Shown: positions 8,092-18,030 of the stretch, one piece after another
How positions within the stretch are numbered: position 1 is the first letter of the stretch
Layout: each line of letters opens with the position of its first letter
NCBI GenBank assembly: GCA_044236265.1
Contig: JBIIGV010000025.1
Span: 1-29,126 of the forward strand
Source of the DNA: Oligoflexales bacterium
GTDB lineage: Bacteria; Bdellovibrionota_B; Oligoflexia; Oligoflexales; RGVZ01
Reading direction: 5' to 3'
Length of the DNA stretch: 29,126 nucleotides
The notes under the pieces: generated by a model
The model's input: the letters and a program-made list of their open reading frames with translations, nothing else
Told to the model about the DNA's origin: nothing
Database searches by the model: none
Program-made: the position numbers and the translations under genes

Positions 8092-9902
8092 CAAACACCT
8101 TTCGCTTGAAAAAATTTCAATAAGCTCTGTAAATCAGCGACCATGGATGGCGAGGCCTCCATTGCTAAATCTCCTCCATAGACGACGCGGTCTTGGAGCG
8201 TTAACAGTCTTTTTAATGATTCGCGTAATTCAGAGTTCAACCCATGACCTTCGGCCGCTTTGAGCAAATCCGCCGATGTCATTGCCCCTGGATCTTGGCC
8301 TTTACCGGCAAGCTGCTTTTTCAAGGCCTCGAGAGCAAGTTGAACCGAGGCTTGCCCTCCACGCTCCAGCTCAGTTAAGGCATCCGTGATGTGGGTACGT
8401 GTGACCTCTTCTACACTTTTACGCTCATCTCTCACGTTTTGCCATGAACGACCAAACAACCAAACAGAAACTATCAAAGCGAGAATCAATAACTCCAAAG
8501 CCAGTGCCAGTGGCGTTAAAAACCAGGATTTTTTTGCGGCACCTTCATGATCTCCCAGCTTGGTGGCTGACAAATCTGGTGGGGTCGTAACAGGTGGTTG
8601 GTTATGGTTAGATTGACTGGCAGATAAATTGCTATCCAGCGGTACCTGCTGCGGTGGTGATGATTGACTGGCTGCGACTGCCGACTGACTCACTGTCACA
8701 GCGCCCAACTCCGCAGATAACCGGTCGTATGCTTCAGTGAATGGGTTGAAGCTTGCCACCTGTATCTTTCCCAAATCAAGAGTACCAGCAACTTGCGGGA
8801 CGACAGCAAACTTGAAAACCTTAGTCGAGACAAGCCCAGCTCCCGCCTCGACAGACTCTTTAAGCGAAGGCTTATCAGCATAGATCTTGGCACCGGCAAT
8901 GCTTAGGTTGAGGCTTGCCATGCGGTCAAGGGCACCTTGGCCCTTCAGTTCAACGGTGACCGTCGACGTTTCGCCAACGCTCAGGCTACGTTTGGAAATA
9001 TCTGCTTTGATTGTAAACGCCCCCACGATGTCAGCAAAACCTTGAGGCTTTGGTGTCGGCAATGGTTTGACTGTCAGCGTTAACGGCGCAGACAAGATTT
9101 TACGACTCACCTCTTCTCCGAAGCCCAATGATCCGCCTTGCAACATGTCAAAGATACTACGTGGACTCTGTGGTCGCTTGGATTGTTGAATCCAGGTTGC
9201 ATTGATGCCAAAAGGAGGGGCCTTCAAACGTCCTGCTTTTAGAGGAATCAAACCCTCGTGCATTTCGATGACGGACCATCGCACACCGTCGCGTATGACC
9301 TCGGCATTTTTTTGGCCGTCGACAGGAATCAAGCGCCAATCGGGATTCGCTTCCCGCACTGGAGTCGCCCCCGTCAGTCTGGCTCTGAAAAACAATCGCA
9401 CCTTTGAGATCACCACCTCGCCCTCATAAAGCGCACTCTTGGGAATCTCACGTTCGACAAATAAAAGCTTGGACGCTTCGCCAACTTGGCCCTTTTCGGA
9501 GGGCGATGGTGTGCCGCCTTTAACCACAACTGGTAAAGACTCTGTTGCCAAGTCCTGACCATCAATAAGCGCACGAAATGGAGGAATCAGTAATGAACCC
9601 TCATTTAAAGGTCTCAACTCATAAGTGTATTGAGTCTGCTTCGACATTTTACCATTCATAATCGAAATGTTCGTCGACTGGCCGGTACGTTGAATTTCGA
9701 AATCTTTGGTCTCGGGCTCGAGAACGTCTCCGTCCAAGGATCCTTCAATCGTGACGGTGAGCCAAAAAGACTCATCAAGACTCGTCTGTTGCCGATCAAG
9801 CTCCCCAGTCAACGTTCCGCCGAGGAGAGTTTGCGCAAACAGCACGAACAAAATAAAAACTAAATTTTTTAAAAACCAAACCATATTGTTTCTTCCTTTC
9901 AC
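8091..9902 (-). CDS. batD: BatD family protein (signal peptide, three beta-sandwich repeats, TM anchor)
   Basis: GQSTNISIMNGK, YELRPLNEGSLLIPP, LTVKPLP..KP..F..IVGAF and FNPFTEAY motifs; position in the bat operon. Start is GTG 9902 (GTGA overlap) or ATG 9884. Confidence 0.85.
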   Translation of the reverse strand: MKGRNNMVWFLKNLVFILFVLFAQTLLGGTLTGELDRQQTSLDESFWLTVTIEGSLDGDVLEPETKDFEIQRTGQSTNISIMNGKMSKQTQYTYELRPLNEGSLLIPPFRALIDGQDLATESLPVVVKGGTPSPSEKGQVGEASKLLFVEREIPKSALYEGEVVISKVRLFFRARLTGATPVREANPDWRLIPVDGQKNAEVIRDGVRWSVIEMHEGLIPLKAGRLKAPPFGINATWIQQSKRPQSPRSIFDMLQGGSLGFGEEVSRKILSAPLTLTVKPLPTPKPQGFADIVGAFTIKADISKRSLSVGETSTVTVELKGQGALDRMASLNLSIAGAKIYADKPSLKESVEAGAGLVSTKVFKFAVVPQVAGTLDLGKIQVASFNPFTEAYDRLSAELGAVTVSQSAVAASQSSPPQQVPLDSNLSASQSNHNQPPVTTPPDLSATKLGDHEGAAKKSWFLTPLALALELLILALIVSVWLFGRSWQNVRDERKSVEEVTRTHITDALTELERGGQASVQLALEALKKQLAGKGQDPGAMTSADLLKAAEGHGLNSELRESLKRLLTLQDRVVYGGDLAMEASPSMVADLQSLLKFFQAKGV

Positions 9903-11653
9903 CAGTCTTTTCCCTGACGACTTGGAGGCGGAGTCTTCCCCGAGCGGAATATAGGCACAAATGTTCGCCGATCATCGGGGGCTGCCCTTAAAAGCTTTTC
10001 GGCCTCTTCAGGGGTCAAAATATCCTTGGCTTTAGACGCATCGGCCTGCTGCCCGGACTCTTGTTTATTTCCTGGCTGTGTCTTCTGGTGCTGGTTTGCT
10101 GTCTGCTCGTCCTCAGAGGGCTTGGGTTGATCATTCGTCGACTTTGATGACTCTTTATTCTCCTTCGACTCCGACTTGGAAGACTGCTGATCCTGGGCCT
10201 GTTCCTGTTGTTGTTTTGACTGATCTTGTTTTCCGTCCTCTTTGTTTTTCTGCTCGTTTGATTTGCTTTGATTCTTTTCCTGATTGTCACTTTTCTCGTT
10301 TTTAGCTGACTCTGACTTCTTTTTTGCCCAAGCCAAGTTGTCGCGTACCTGCTGATCCTGATAGTTCATGGCTAACGCGTCTTCGTAAAATTTGACCGCC
10401 TCATCAAGCTGACCGGACGCAGCCAAAATATTGCCGAGATTATAGAGAGAGCGACGCTTTTCTTCGCCATCACCGCTCTGCGCAAGCTCTAAAAACTCCT
10501 TGCGCGCATTTTCTGCATCTCCAGCTTCGAATGCAGCGACTGCAGCATTATATCGCTCTCGCGCTGAATCTGCGGCCTGGGATTGATGGGAGGGGAACAA
10601 GCACATTAATAAAAGTACAATACCAGCGGCGGATGGTGGGCGGACGTCGCGAATAAAATTCTCAATCAATAGAAGAATCATGGCGAGTGCCGCCACCCAC
10701 TGAAATCGCTCATACCAGAGACGCTCCCGTTTGGCTTGAGTTTCCCTTACGGTGCCCTTTGCGTGAATCACGTCCTGGTAAAAGGCTGCAATCGAATCAT
10801 TTGCACGCGAGGCATTGAGATAGACTCCACCTGTTGCCTCAGCAATTTTCTTTAACGGCTCTTCATTCAAACGACTGACGACAACGTCTCCGCGTTGATC
10901 TTTAATAAAACCACCAGCATCATCAACCACGGGAGCCCCCTCAGGCGACGCCAGTCCCACGGTGACAACTTTAGCCTTGGATGCCACAACTTCCGCCAAG
11001 GCTGTGTCTATTCCGCCAATATGATCTTCGCCATCAGTCATCAGAACGATTAATTTACCAAGTCCCTGCTTCTCGCCTCCGGCATCGAGAGCGTTCAGCG
11101 ACTCTCGTAAGGCACCAGCCAAATCTGTGCCACCAACCGGAATCATATCGGTACTGAGGCCATCAACAAACGAGCGCATCGCGCCATGATCAACGGTCAA
11201 AGGGCATTGAACAAAAGCCGCACCTGCAAACACCACTAGGCCGATACGATCGCCATCGGCCACATCCAGCAAATCAATCATCATGCGACGAGCTCTCTCA
11301 AGTCTGTTCGGATCAAGATCACGAGCCAACATACTTTTCGACACGTCAACAGCAACCACGATATCTACACCAGACTGTTTACTCTCAACCCATGTCCAAC
11401 CCCAACGCGGACCAGCACTGGCAATAACAAGGCAAGCAAGAGCTAGAACAAACAAAATACCTCTGATGGCTGCAAAACCAGGACTTGTCGACCAAATCTG
11501 GCTAGCATCTGAAACTGATGACTGAGCTAAGCCCAGTCTACGTTTAATCCGCCTAAAGCCCAGGATCAGGAGCGGAATCACCAAAACAACGGCAAGAAGC
11601 CCCAGCAAGTTGCCGACGGCAAGCCATGAGATCTGCGGCAGCAAGCCTGTCAT
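9899..11653 (-). CDS. BatB-like VWA protein fused to a BatC-like TPR / Q,K,E-rich region, 584 aa
   Basis: MIDAS motifs DVSKSM, GTDL and LMTDG; AGPRWG; TPRs (YNLGN, DNLAWA); low-complexity linker; ends in KDW like BatC. ATG 11653 has a GGAGG SD and an ATGA overlap with batA. Confidence 0.85.
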   Translation of the reverse strand: MTGLLPQISWLAVGNLLGLLAVVLVIPLLILGFRRIKRRLGLAQSSVSDASQIWSTSPGFAAIRGILFVLALACLVIASAGPRWGWTWVESKQSGVDIVVAVDVSKSMLARDLDPNRLERARRMMIDLLDVADGDRIGLVVFAGAAFVQCPLTVDHGAMRSFVDGLSTDMIPVGGTDLAGALRESLNALDAGGEKQGLGKLIVLMTDGEDHIGGIDTALAEVVASKAKVVTVGLASPEGAPVVDDAGGFIKDQRGDVVVSRLNEEPLKKIAEATGGVYLNASRANDSIAAFYQDVIHAKGTVRETQAKRERLWYERFQWVAALAMILLLIENFIRDVRPPSAAGIVLLLMCLFPSHQSQAADSARERYNAAVAAFEAGDAENARKEFLELAQSGDGEEKRRSLYNLGNILAASGQLDEAVKFYEDALAMNYQDQQVRDNLAWAKKKSESAKNEKSDNQEKNQSKSNEQKNKEDGKQDQSKQQQEQAQDQQSSKSESKENKESSKSTNDQPKPSEDEQTANQHQKTQPGNKQESGQQADASKAKDILTPEEAEKLLRAAPDDRRTFVPIFRSGKTPPPSRQGKDW

Positions 11654-12702
11654 GCTGGCAACCTCCGAAATCGAGAGATCCGCCATATGGCTTCCAAGCA
11701 AAGACAGAACACCGCGACCATCAACAAGGTCGGAAACACATCGCGACCTTGACGGCGGTCTTTTTGCTCCCGACGAACCTTCTCAAGCTTGTCAATTTCG
11801 CGGTACACGTTGACTAAAGCGTCCGTATCCACTGCACGACGATAGACCCCTCCTGTAGTATCGGCTATGGACTTCAATGTGACCTCATCGATGTCGGCCT
11901 TGATGTGGAAAACGCGACCGTTCTGAACAACCGGCACAATCCCATCACTCCCCACACCAATCGTGTGCACCCGAATCCCCAGGGCTTTAGCCGCCTGGGC
12001 TGCCGCAACCGGATCAATTCGACCAGCATTGTTTGCGCCATCTGTCAGCAACACTACAACGTGGCTTTTACCTGGGGCCTCCTTAAGACGTTTGACAGCG
12101 GTTGCAAGACCGTCACCAATGGCTGTCCCATCACCAGCCATGCCAATTTGAATCCGCTCGAGAAATTTTTGTAAAATCTCATGATCCAAAGTTAACGGCG
12201 CTTGCGTGTATGCCTCACTGCCGAACACCACCATACCGATGCGATCATCAATTCGTGCATCAATAAAATCAGCAATGACAGCTTTGATAACCTCTAAGCG
12301 ATCTGGCCTTTGGCCGCGAACTTCAAAATCACGCGCACGCATGCTACCCGAGGTATCAATAGCCAACATAATATCAACGCCATTACTGACCCGCGCTCCA
12401 TCGCGATGGGCGACTTGAGGCCGAGCTAAAGCAAAAACGACCAGAAGCATACAAAGCCCCCGCAAAAGCCAGCCCGAATGCCGAAGCAAAGACGGCCTTC
12501 GTCTAACGTCTCGGGGAATCATCATGTCGATACTTGAAATAGGCACCGCGCTGCGACGACGAAGGCGGTCAATCACCCAAGGCAAGCAGGCTAGCGGCAT
12601 CAGCAAAAGCCAAGCTGGATTTAGAAAAAACAAAGGAGATCCGTCGAAAAAATTGTCAAAGACGTTTAGCCAGCGTTCGACTTGTTCAGGTATCGAAAAC
12701 AC
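11650..12702 (-). CDS. batA: BatA-like VWA domain membrane protein, 350 aa
   Basis: FLNPAWLLL N-terminal TM, ALARPQ, MIDAS motifs DTSGSM, GTAIGDG and LLTDG, IDKLEK, C-terminal TM. GTG 12702 is preceded by GGAGG. Confidence 0.88.
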   Translation of the reverse strand: MFSIPEQVERWLNVFDNFFDGSPLFFLNPAWLLLMPLACLPWVIDRLRRRSAVPISSIDMMIPRDVRRRPSLLRHSGWLLRGLCMLLVVFALARPQVAHRDGARVSNGVDIMLAIDTSGSMRARDFEVRGQRPDRLEVIKAVIADFIDARIDDRIGMVVFGSEAYTQAPLTLDHEILQKFLERIQIGMAGDGTAIGDGLATAVKRLKEAPGKSHVVVLLTDGANNAGRIDPVAAAQAAKALGIRVHTIGVGSDGIVPVVQNGRVFHIKADIDEVTLKSIADTTGGVYRRAVDTDALVNVYREIDKLEKVRREQKDRRQGRDVFPTLLMVAVFCLCLEAIWRISRFRRLPA

Positions 12703-13369
12703 GAATACCTCCCTTGTCATCAACAGGCAGAGATGTCAAATGCGCCTGTCCTGCTGCTCTCATCTGATCAGCAGCCAGGGCATCAATCCACGTTTTGAGC
12801 GACTCAAGTATAAACTCGGCTTCGTGAGCTGTTATCGGTTGGCCCGCAAAGCGGACAGAATCAAGTGTTTGCAGCATCGATCGAAACTCCTGCTCCGACA
12901 CCACGGGCAATCGCAAAGCTCCGCTCTTCAACATCATTTCAATTTCTTGGGTTGTCCGCTCTGCAATGGGGCTTCCAGTGCGGATTTCGACGCCGCGACG
13001 CGCCAGCAAACTGACGTCACTCGTAAATTGATTGACGATCGTCGACGTACTGAGTTCCGATGCGCTCGGCGCACGCATCCCATTAACTGCATTTTTCAAT
13101 TCTATCCATAAACGATCTGCATCCTGAACGTCCGAAACCAGAGCCGGCGACGTCTTTCGCCTACGATATCTCAGCCAAAATGAGACGCTACCCGCAGTCA
13201 GCAAGGCCACTAAAAGTATGACCACCGCTGTTAAAATAATCGTTTCTGACGATATGAAAACTTTTGGCATCGCACCCTTTATCCCATGGGGAGGAACTCC
13301 CGTCAGGGCTTCCGTGGTGGATGGGACCTGTTGACCCAATTTTTCAGGTTTTTTCTCGGCAGGACTCAC
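12686..13369 (-). CDS. Single-TM hypothetical protein of the moxR-bat operon, 227 aa
   Basis: One strong TM followed by a basic stretch (RYRRRK); ERTTQEI and DSVRFAG resemble the usual gene between DUF58 and batA; overlaps both neighbours. Confidence 0.7.
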   Translation of the reverse strand: MSPAEKKPEKLGQQVPSTTEALTGVPPHGIKGAMPKVFISSETIILTAVVILLVALLTAGSVSFWLRYRRRKTSPALVSDVQDADRLWIELKNAVNGMRAPSASELSTSTIVNQFTSDVSLLARRGVEIRTGSPIAERTTQEIEMMLKSGALRLPVVSEQEFRSMLQTLDSVRFAGQPITAHEAEFILESLKTWIDALAADQMRAAGQAHLTSLPVDDKGGIRVFDT

Positions 13370-14259
13370 TGCACCCGCCTTCGACCCGCGTTTTGCCCCC
13401 GCAGATAGGCCGCAATTGGATCAACGATATTTTCATCGGATGACACTTCAAAAAAATCAGCGCCGCACTTACGCAGCCGCTCGTCCATCTGATGATGGCG
13501 CTCCGTCTGAAGCCTCTCTAACTTCGATCGAAGGATTGGATCAGATGCATCCACTTCGAGCATGTCACCGGTCTCCCGATCAGTCACTGTTATGACACCA
13601 GCACCAAGACCACTCGTCACACCATCCATCGGCTCACAAGCCATCTGAATACAGGTCAGGTCGTGCTGTCTTGCGACACGGGCCAAAGAGGAATCAAAGT
13701 TCTGCGATAGAAAATCCGAAATAACAAAACAAACTGCGCGTCTTGGAAGCATCTGACCAAGGCGATCCAAAGCGCCACCGATATTTGTTCCTTTAGCGTG
13801 GCTGGGCCAGGTCAGAACATCACGAATTATCCGCCACACGTGTCCCCGTCCTTTTCTGGGAGGAACGAACAACTCGACACTATCTCCAAACAACATCAAA
13901 CCGACCCGGTCGTTACTTTTAATGGCAAGCCAGGCCAGTACCGCGCCAACCTCGGCAGCAGCGTCCCGCCTAGAACGCCGTTTACCAGAGGCCAAGGAGG
14001 CACTGACATCAACAAGCAACATGAGCGTCAGCTCCCGCTCTTCGCGAAAAACCTTGATAAAGGGCTGATTCATCCTTGCCGTCACGTTCCAGTCGATACC
14101 CCGCACATCATCACCCGGAACGTATTCTCGAACCTCATGAAACTCCATACCACGGCCGTGAAAGGCGCTAGCATAATCACCGGCCATCAAATCTGTGGCA
14201 GCGTGACGCCCGCGAAGATCCAATGCTTTGATACGCGCGATGATTTCAGGTGATAACAT
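13366..14259 (-). CDS. DUF58 domain protein (VWA-like MoxR partner), 297 aa
   Basis: GRGMEFHEVREYVPGDDVRGIDWNVTAR, VDVSAS, NDRVGL and ISDF motifs. Confidence 0.92.
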   Translation of the reverse strand: MLSPEIIARIKALDLRGRHAATDLMAGDYASAFHGRGMEFHEVREYVPGDDVRGIDWNVTARMNQPFIKVFREERELTLMLLVDVSASLASGKRRSRRDAAAEVGAVLAWLAIKSNDRVGLMLFGDSVELFVPPRKGRGHVWRIIRDVLTWPSHAKGTNIGGALDRLGQMLPRRAVCFVISDFLSQNFDSSLARVARQHDLTCIQMACEPMDGVTSGLGAGVITVTDRETGDMLEVDASDPILRSKLERLQTERHHQMDERLRKCGADFFEVSSDENIVDPIAAYLRGQNAGRRRVQ

Positions 14260-14276
14260 AGACTCTCGCCGCCCTA

Positions 14277-15260
14277 TCAGGGAACTTCAACACGATCCAT
14301 GATTTTTCTGATGACCTGGTCTGTCGTCATCGACTCCGCTTCAGCAGCATAACTAAGGGTAATGCGATGCCTGAGTACATCCATCGCTATATCTTTTACG
14401 TCTTGAGGCGTCACAAAATCACGACCTTGAAGCATTGCATTAACGCGCGCTGCACGCTCCAGAAAAAGACTGGCTCGCGGACTGGCCCCGGTGTCAATCA
14501 TTTGAGACAGTTCAGGAATGCGGTACCGCGCTGGTTCACGGCTAGCAAAGACAAGATTGACGATGTATTGATGAATTTTTTCGGAAACGCGAACCCGCGC
14601 CAAGAGTTGCCGAGCTTCAATAATGTCAGCGCGCGATAGCACCGGCTGTAGGTTCGCCTGAAGCGTTCCTAGACTGGCACGTTTTAACATCTCGATCTCA
14701 TCACGCTCGGTACCATAGCCCACTTTAACTTTGAACATGAATCGATCCACCTGAGCCTCAGGCAAAGGATAGGTCCCCTCTTGTTCCACCGGATTCTGGG
14801 TTGCCATCACCAAAAATGGCTGCTCGAGGGCGAAAGACTCACCACCGATCGTCACTTGCCGCTCTTGCATAGCCTCGAGTAATGCCGACTGCACCTTGGC
14901 TGGCGCACGATTGATTTCGTCTGCAAGAACAAGATTTGCGAAAAGCGGCCCCTTGCGTACATGAAAGGTTCCCTGCTTGGGGTCGTAGATTTGAGTACCA
15001 GTGACATCAGCTGGAAGCAAATCTGGCGTAAACTGGATACGAGAAAATCGCAGCCCAGTTAATTCACTGATCGTCTTGATGGCGGTTGTCTTGGCCAGGC
15101 CCGGCAGCCCTTCAAGAAGAACATGTCCGTCTGCGATCAACGCCATTAAAAGCCTCTGGCCAACAGTTGATTGACCAACAATCCTCGACGAAAAACCTGA
15201 AAGGAGCCGCTCGACTCGTTCAGAAAACTGTACCAGGTCATCTGCAACCGACGAACTCAT
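14277..15260 (-). CDS. moxR: MoxR-family AAA+ ATPase, 327 aa
   Basis: Walker A GLPGLAKT, RIQFTPDLLPAD, Walker B LADEINR, ATQNPVEQEGTYPLPEAQ.DRF and GASPRA. ATG 15260 is preceded by GGGAGG. Confidence 0.95.
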   Translation of the reverse strand: MSSSVADDLVQFSERVERLLSGFSSRIVGQSTVGQRLLMALIADGHVLLEGLPGLAKTTAIKTISELTGLRFSRIQFTPDLLPADVTGTQIYDPKQGTFHVRKGPLFANLVLADEINRAPAKVQSALLEAMQERQVTIGGESFALEQPFLVMATQNPVEQEGTYPLPEAQVDRFMFKVKVGYGTERDEIEMLKRASLGTLQANLQPVLSRADIIEARQLLARVRVSEKIHQYIVNLVFASREPARYRIPELSQMIDTGASPRASLFLERAARVNAMLQGRDFVTPQDVKDIAMDVLRHRITLSYAAEAESMTTDQVIRKIMDRVEVP

Positions 15261-15292
15261 AAAACCTCCCAAACTACTGAATTATCGGGAGT

Positions 15293-15320
15293 ATTTTATT
15301 GCAGAGCGCAGATTTTTCAA
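15293..15320 (-). promoter_or_regulatory. Sigma70-like promoter for the moxR-bat operon
   Basis: TTGAAA-N16-TAAAAT on the minus strand, ending 32 bp upstream of the moxR ATG. Confidence 0.5.
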
Positions 15321-15328
15321 GTTGGAGT

Positions 15329-16558
15329 TTAGGCAGCCCAATAGCAGCCAAAACGAGGTTTTGCCTGGGAAACACGGTCCCTGAGGGTCAGAACGCCCTC
15401 AGACTCTCGCCATTCGACCGGCATGAGATCCATAAGGCTGACTATTTTTTGTATTTTAGGCATGACCATACGTGCCCAAGCCAGGTGCGGCTCTTCCGAT
15501 AGCTTCGTCACAATGTAGCGGATGGCGCGGCGCTCCTGGTGAGCGGCGGTGAGAATATTAATCCAAAACTCAGCAAAGCGAATATCAATACGCTCCAGGG
15601 CATGCCGTTCAAAAAAACCCAACAACTCCGGATGCTCACCGTCGGGATACCAGTCTTGCATCAATCCTAGTAAGCGCTCCCAACTTTCATTAGCAGCTAA
15701 CTCTCTAAGCCGCGGCCATCGCTGATCTGAGTCGATCATGGTGGTTGAAGACTCCACCGATGTTCTCGCGACCGAGGCCTGCGTCTGGTCCTGTATCTGC
15801 TTTTTGTAATTTTTGGTCTTCCCATCCAAAATAACTTTGGACGGTTCTTTAGGAGGAATAGCCGCTGGTAAACCTGCGCTAGGTAAAGCTACGGAGTCGA
15901 CCCTTAACGAGGATGATTTTTCGTCCAGATCAAGATGAGCAACCGTCTCAAGTGGCTTGGGAGTTGTTGGATGGGCGACCGGTTGACGGTCCAGTAGCGT
16001 TGTGTTCTGGGACAAGCGTTTGTCGGCCTGCTCTTTTCCATCGATCTTTGCGCTCTTTTCAGCATCTAAACCCTTTGCTTGCGGCGCAAGTAATGACTCA
16101 AGATTTAAAGAAGGCATGGGCAAAGATGCAGCTGGGGCATTATCGTTCGATGCCTCAAGAGGTAAATCTTGAATTTTTTCAGCCAAGGTCGTTGTCACGT
16201 GTTCTTCGACCGTCAGACGCGCCATGTTTCGAACTTCGGGGGAGAGATTTGTATTGTTAATCCGCTTAAGCTCTGATCGAATGACCTCTGCCTTGCCGGT
16301 TTTACCAAGCTTTTCAAAAGCCTCCGCAATAAGACTTAGGCTTTCGCCATCTCGCAACGAGGAATTATAAACCATCCAGGCAACATCCATCGCCTTACGA
16401 GGCGCCTTTTTTAGCAGCGTACGCGCGAGCTTAAGGGTTGCTTCCAGTTTTTCATGCTCGGGCATGTCGGCAGCTAACACAAGAAATCGGTCGACCAACA
16501 TCGAATCATTCGTGTTGATGTCAATCAGCTGAAGCATGCGCATCAGGCCTGGACTCAT
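15329..16558 (-). CDS. Hypothetical protein, 409 aa (helical/TPR-like N-terminus, Pro/Ser-rich linker, helical C-terminus)
   Basis: Long ORF filling the gap between accC and moxR; purine-rich SD region; no family motif recognised. Confidence 0.7.
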   Translation of the reverse strand: MSPGLMRMLQLIDINTNDSMLVDRFLVLAADMPEHEKLEATLKLARTLLKKAPRKAMDVAWMVYNSSLRDGESLSLIAEAFEKLGKTGKAEVIRSELKRINNTNLSPEVRNMARLTVEEHVTTTLAEKIQDLPLEASNDNAPAASLPMPSLNLESLLAPQAKGLDAEKSAKIDGKEQADKRLSQNTTLLDRQPVAHPTTPKPLETVAHLDLDEKSSSLRVDSVALPSAGLPAAIPPKEPSKVILDGKTKNYKKQIQDQTQASVARTSVESSTTMIDSDQRWPRLRELAANESWERLLGLMQDWYPDGEHPELLGFFERHALERIDIRFAEFWINILTAAHQERRAIRYIVTKLSEEPHLAWARMVMPKIQKIVSLMDLMPVEWRESEGVLTLRDRVSQAKPRFGCYWAA

Positions 16559-16590
16559 TGACCGTTGCCCCCCCTCTTAAACCTCCTAGT

Positions 16591-16617
16591 TTCTCGGAAA
16601 CTTCTGCCATCTCCTTA
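16591..16617 (-). promoter_or_regulatory. Sigma28 (FliA)-like promoter of the 409-aa hypothetical gene
   Basis: TAAG-N15-TCCGAGAA versus consensus TAAA-N15-GCCGATAA; lies just downstream of the accC terminator. Confidence 0.45.
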
Positions 16618-16623
16618 AACGCA

Positions 16624-16651
16624 GAAAAGGGCAGGCAATTTTTGCCTACCC
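16624..16651 (-). terminator. Putative intrinsic terminator after efp-accB-accC
   Basis: Minus strand GGGTAGGCAA-AAA-TTGCCTGCCC followed by TTTTC; 10-bp stem with one U-G pair, 33 bp after the accC stop. Confidence 0.6.
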
Positions 16652-16684
16652 CTAACTCTTTCTCAATCCCAAATGAAACCGTGT

Positions 16685-18019
16685 TTACACGCCCCATTCC
16701 TGCAGAAATTTGGTCGAAACATCGCCTGCGACAAAGCGTTTGTCGTCCAGTACCTTCTGATGGAAAGGGATATTTGTGCGAATTCCATCGACTTTCATTT
16801 CACGCAAGGCTCGACGCATTCTCGCCAAACATTCGTCTCGGTCACGACCCCAAGTGATCAGCTTTGCCACCATTGAGTCATAAAGGGATGGAACGGTGAA
16901 TCCAGCGTATAACATTCCGTCAACGCGAACCCCTGGCCCACCAGGTTCATGGTAAGCCGTCACTTTGCCAGGCCATGGTGCGAAAGACTCAGGGTCTTCA
17001 GCATTGATCCGGCACTCGAGGGCATGGCCTCGCAATTCAATCTTACTAGGATCAAAAGATAGCTTGTGCCCACGCGCAATATTGATTTGCTCTTTGATCA
17101 AATCAACATTGGTAATCATTTCCGTGACCGGATGTTCAACTTGCGCTCTGGTATTCACTTCCATGAAGTAGAAGCGACCATCTTCATCCATCAAAAATTC
17201 CACGGTCCCCAAGCTTTGATAACCAACCGCCTTAGCGAGTCGCACCGCGGTGTCGCCAATTTCTTTTCGACGTCCAGGCGTCATGATTGGACACGGCGCT
17301 TCCTCAAGAAGCTTTTGGTGTCGGCGCTGAATGGAACAATCACGCTCACCTAAATGGGCTGCGTTCCCATGCTCGTCAGCTACGAGCTGAACCTCAACGT
17401 GACGAGGACGCTCACAATAACGCTCAATGAAGACATCAGCATTACCGAAGCCCGCCAGCGCCTCACTGCGCGCAAGGTCGAACTGTTTTGCCAACTCGTC
17501 TTTGGAGCGAACAATCTTCATACCTCGACCGCCACCACCTGCAGCCGCCTTGATAATCATCGGAAAACCGATCTCTTTCGCCAGTTTTTCCGCTTCATCA
17601 AACGACTGCACGGCACCAGTGCTTCCAGGTAGCATCGGCACGCCAGCTTTCTCAGCGAACGCACGAGCCTCTACCTTGTTGCCTAGCGCCTGAATGTGCT
17701 GGGACTTCGGCCCAATAAATTTGACGCCGTACTTTTCACAAATCTCTGCAAACTTGGCATTCTCAGACAAAAATCCATACCCGGGATGGATCGCGTCAAC
17801 ACCCGCAATTTCCGCCGCGCTCATAATGGCAGGAATCGAAAGGTAGCTTTTTGGGCTTGGGCCGGGCCCGATACATATACTCTCGTCGGCGATTCTTGTA
17901 TGCAGTGCATCACGATCAGCAAGACTATGAACCGCAACGGTTCGCAGACCAAGCTCCTGACAGGCGCGTATGACGCGCACCGCAATCTCACCACGATTGG
18001 CGATTAGTACCTTTTTCAT
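16685..18019 (-). CDS. accC: Acetyl-CoA carboxylase biotin carboxylase subunit, 444 aa
   Basis: KVLIANRGEIAVR, HPGYGFLSEN, GGGGRGM, RDCSIQRRHQK, EVNTR.QVEHPVTE, ECRINAED and YDSMVAKL motifs; adjacent to accB. Confidence 0.97.
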   Translation of the reverse strand: MKKVLIANRGEIAVRVIRACQELGLRTVAVHSLADRDALHTRIADESICIGPGPSPKSYLSIPAIMSAAEIAGVDAIHPGYGFLSENAKFAEICEKYGVKFIGPKSQHIQALGNKVEARAFAEKAGVPMLPGSTGAVQSFDEAEKLAKEIGFPMIIKAAAGGGGRGMKIVRSKDELAKQFDLARSEALAGFGNADVFIERYCERPRHVEVQLVADEHGNAAHLGERDCSIQRRHQKLLEEAPCPIMTPGRRKEIGDTAVRLAKAVGYQSLGTVEFLMDEDGRFYFMEVNTRAQVEHPVTEMITNVDLIKEQINIARGHKLSFDPSKIELRGHALECRINAEDPESFAPWPGKVTAYHEPGGPGVRVDGMLYAGFTVPSLYDSMVAKLITWGRDRDECLARMRRALREMKVDGIRTNIPFHQKVLDDKRFVAGDVSTKFLQEWGV

Positions 18020-18030
18020 GGCGGGTACCC

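Noticed and set aside
10020..10330. Pyrimidine-rich low-complexity tract as a repeat array or ncRNA
   Set aside because: Explained by the Q/K/E/S-rich linker codons of the BatB/C protein; no periodic DNA repeat or spacer structure.
15283..15290. CCCGATAA sigma28-like -10 upstream of moxR
   Set aside because: No matching -35 at the right spacing; the overlapping sigma70-like TTGAAA-N16-TAAAAT explains the region better.
16558..16876. Short ORFs 16558-16857 and 16673-16876 on the plus strand
   Set aside because: Antisense to the accC end and overlapping the terminator/promoter; no motifs; shadow ORFs.
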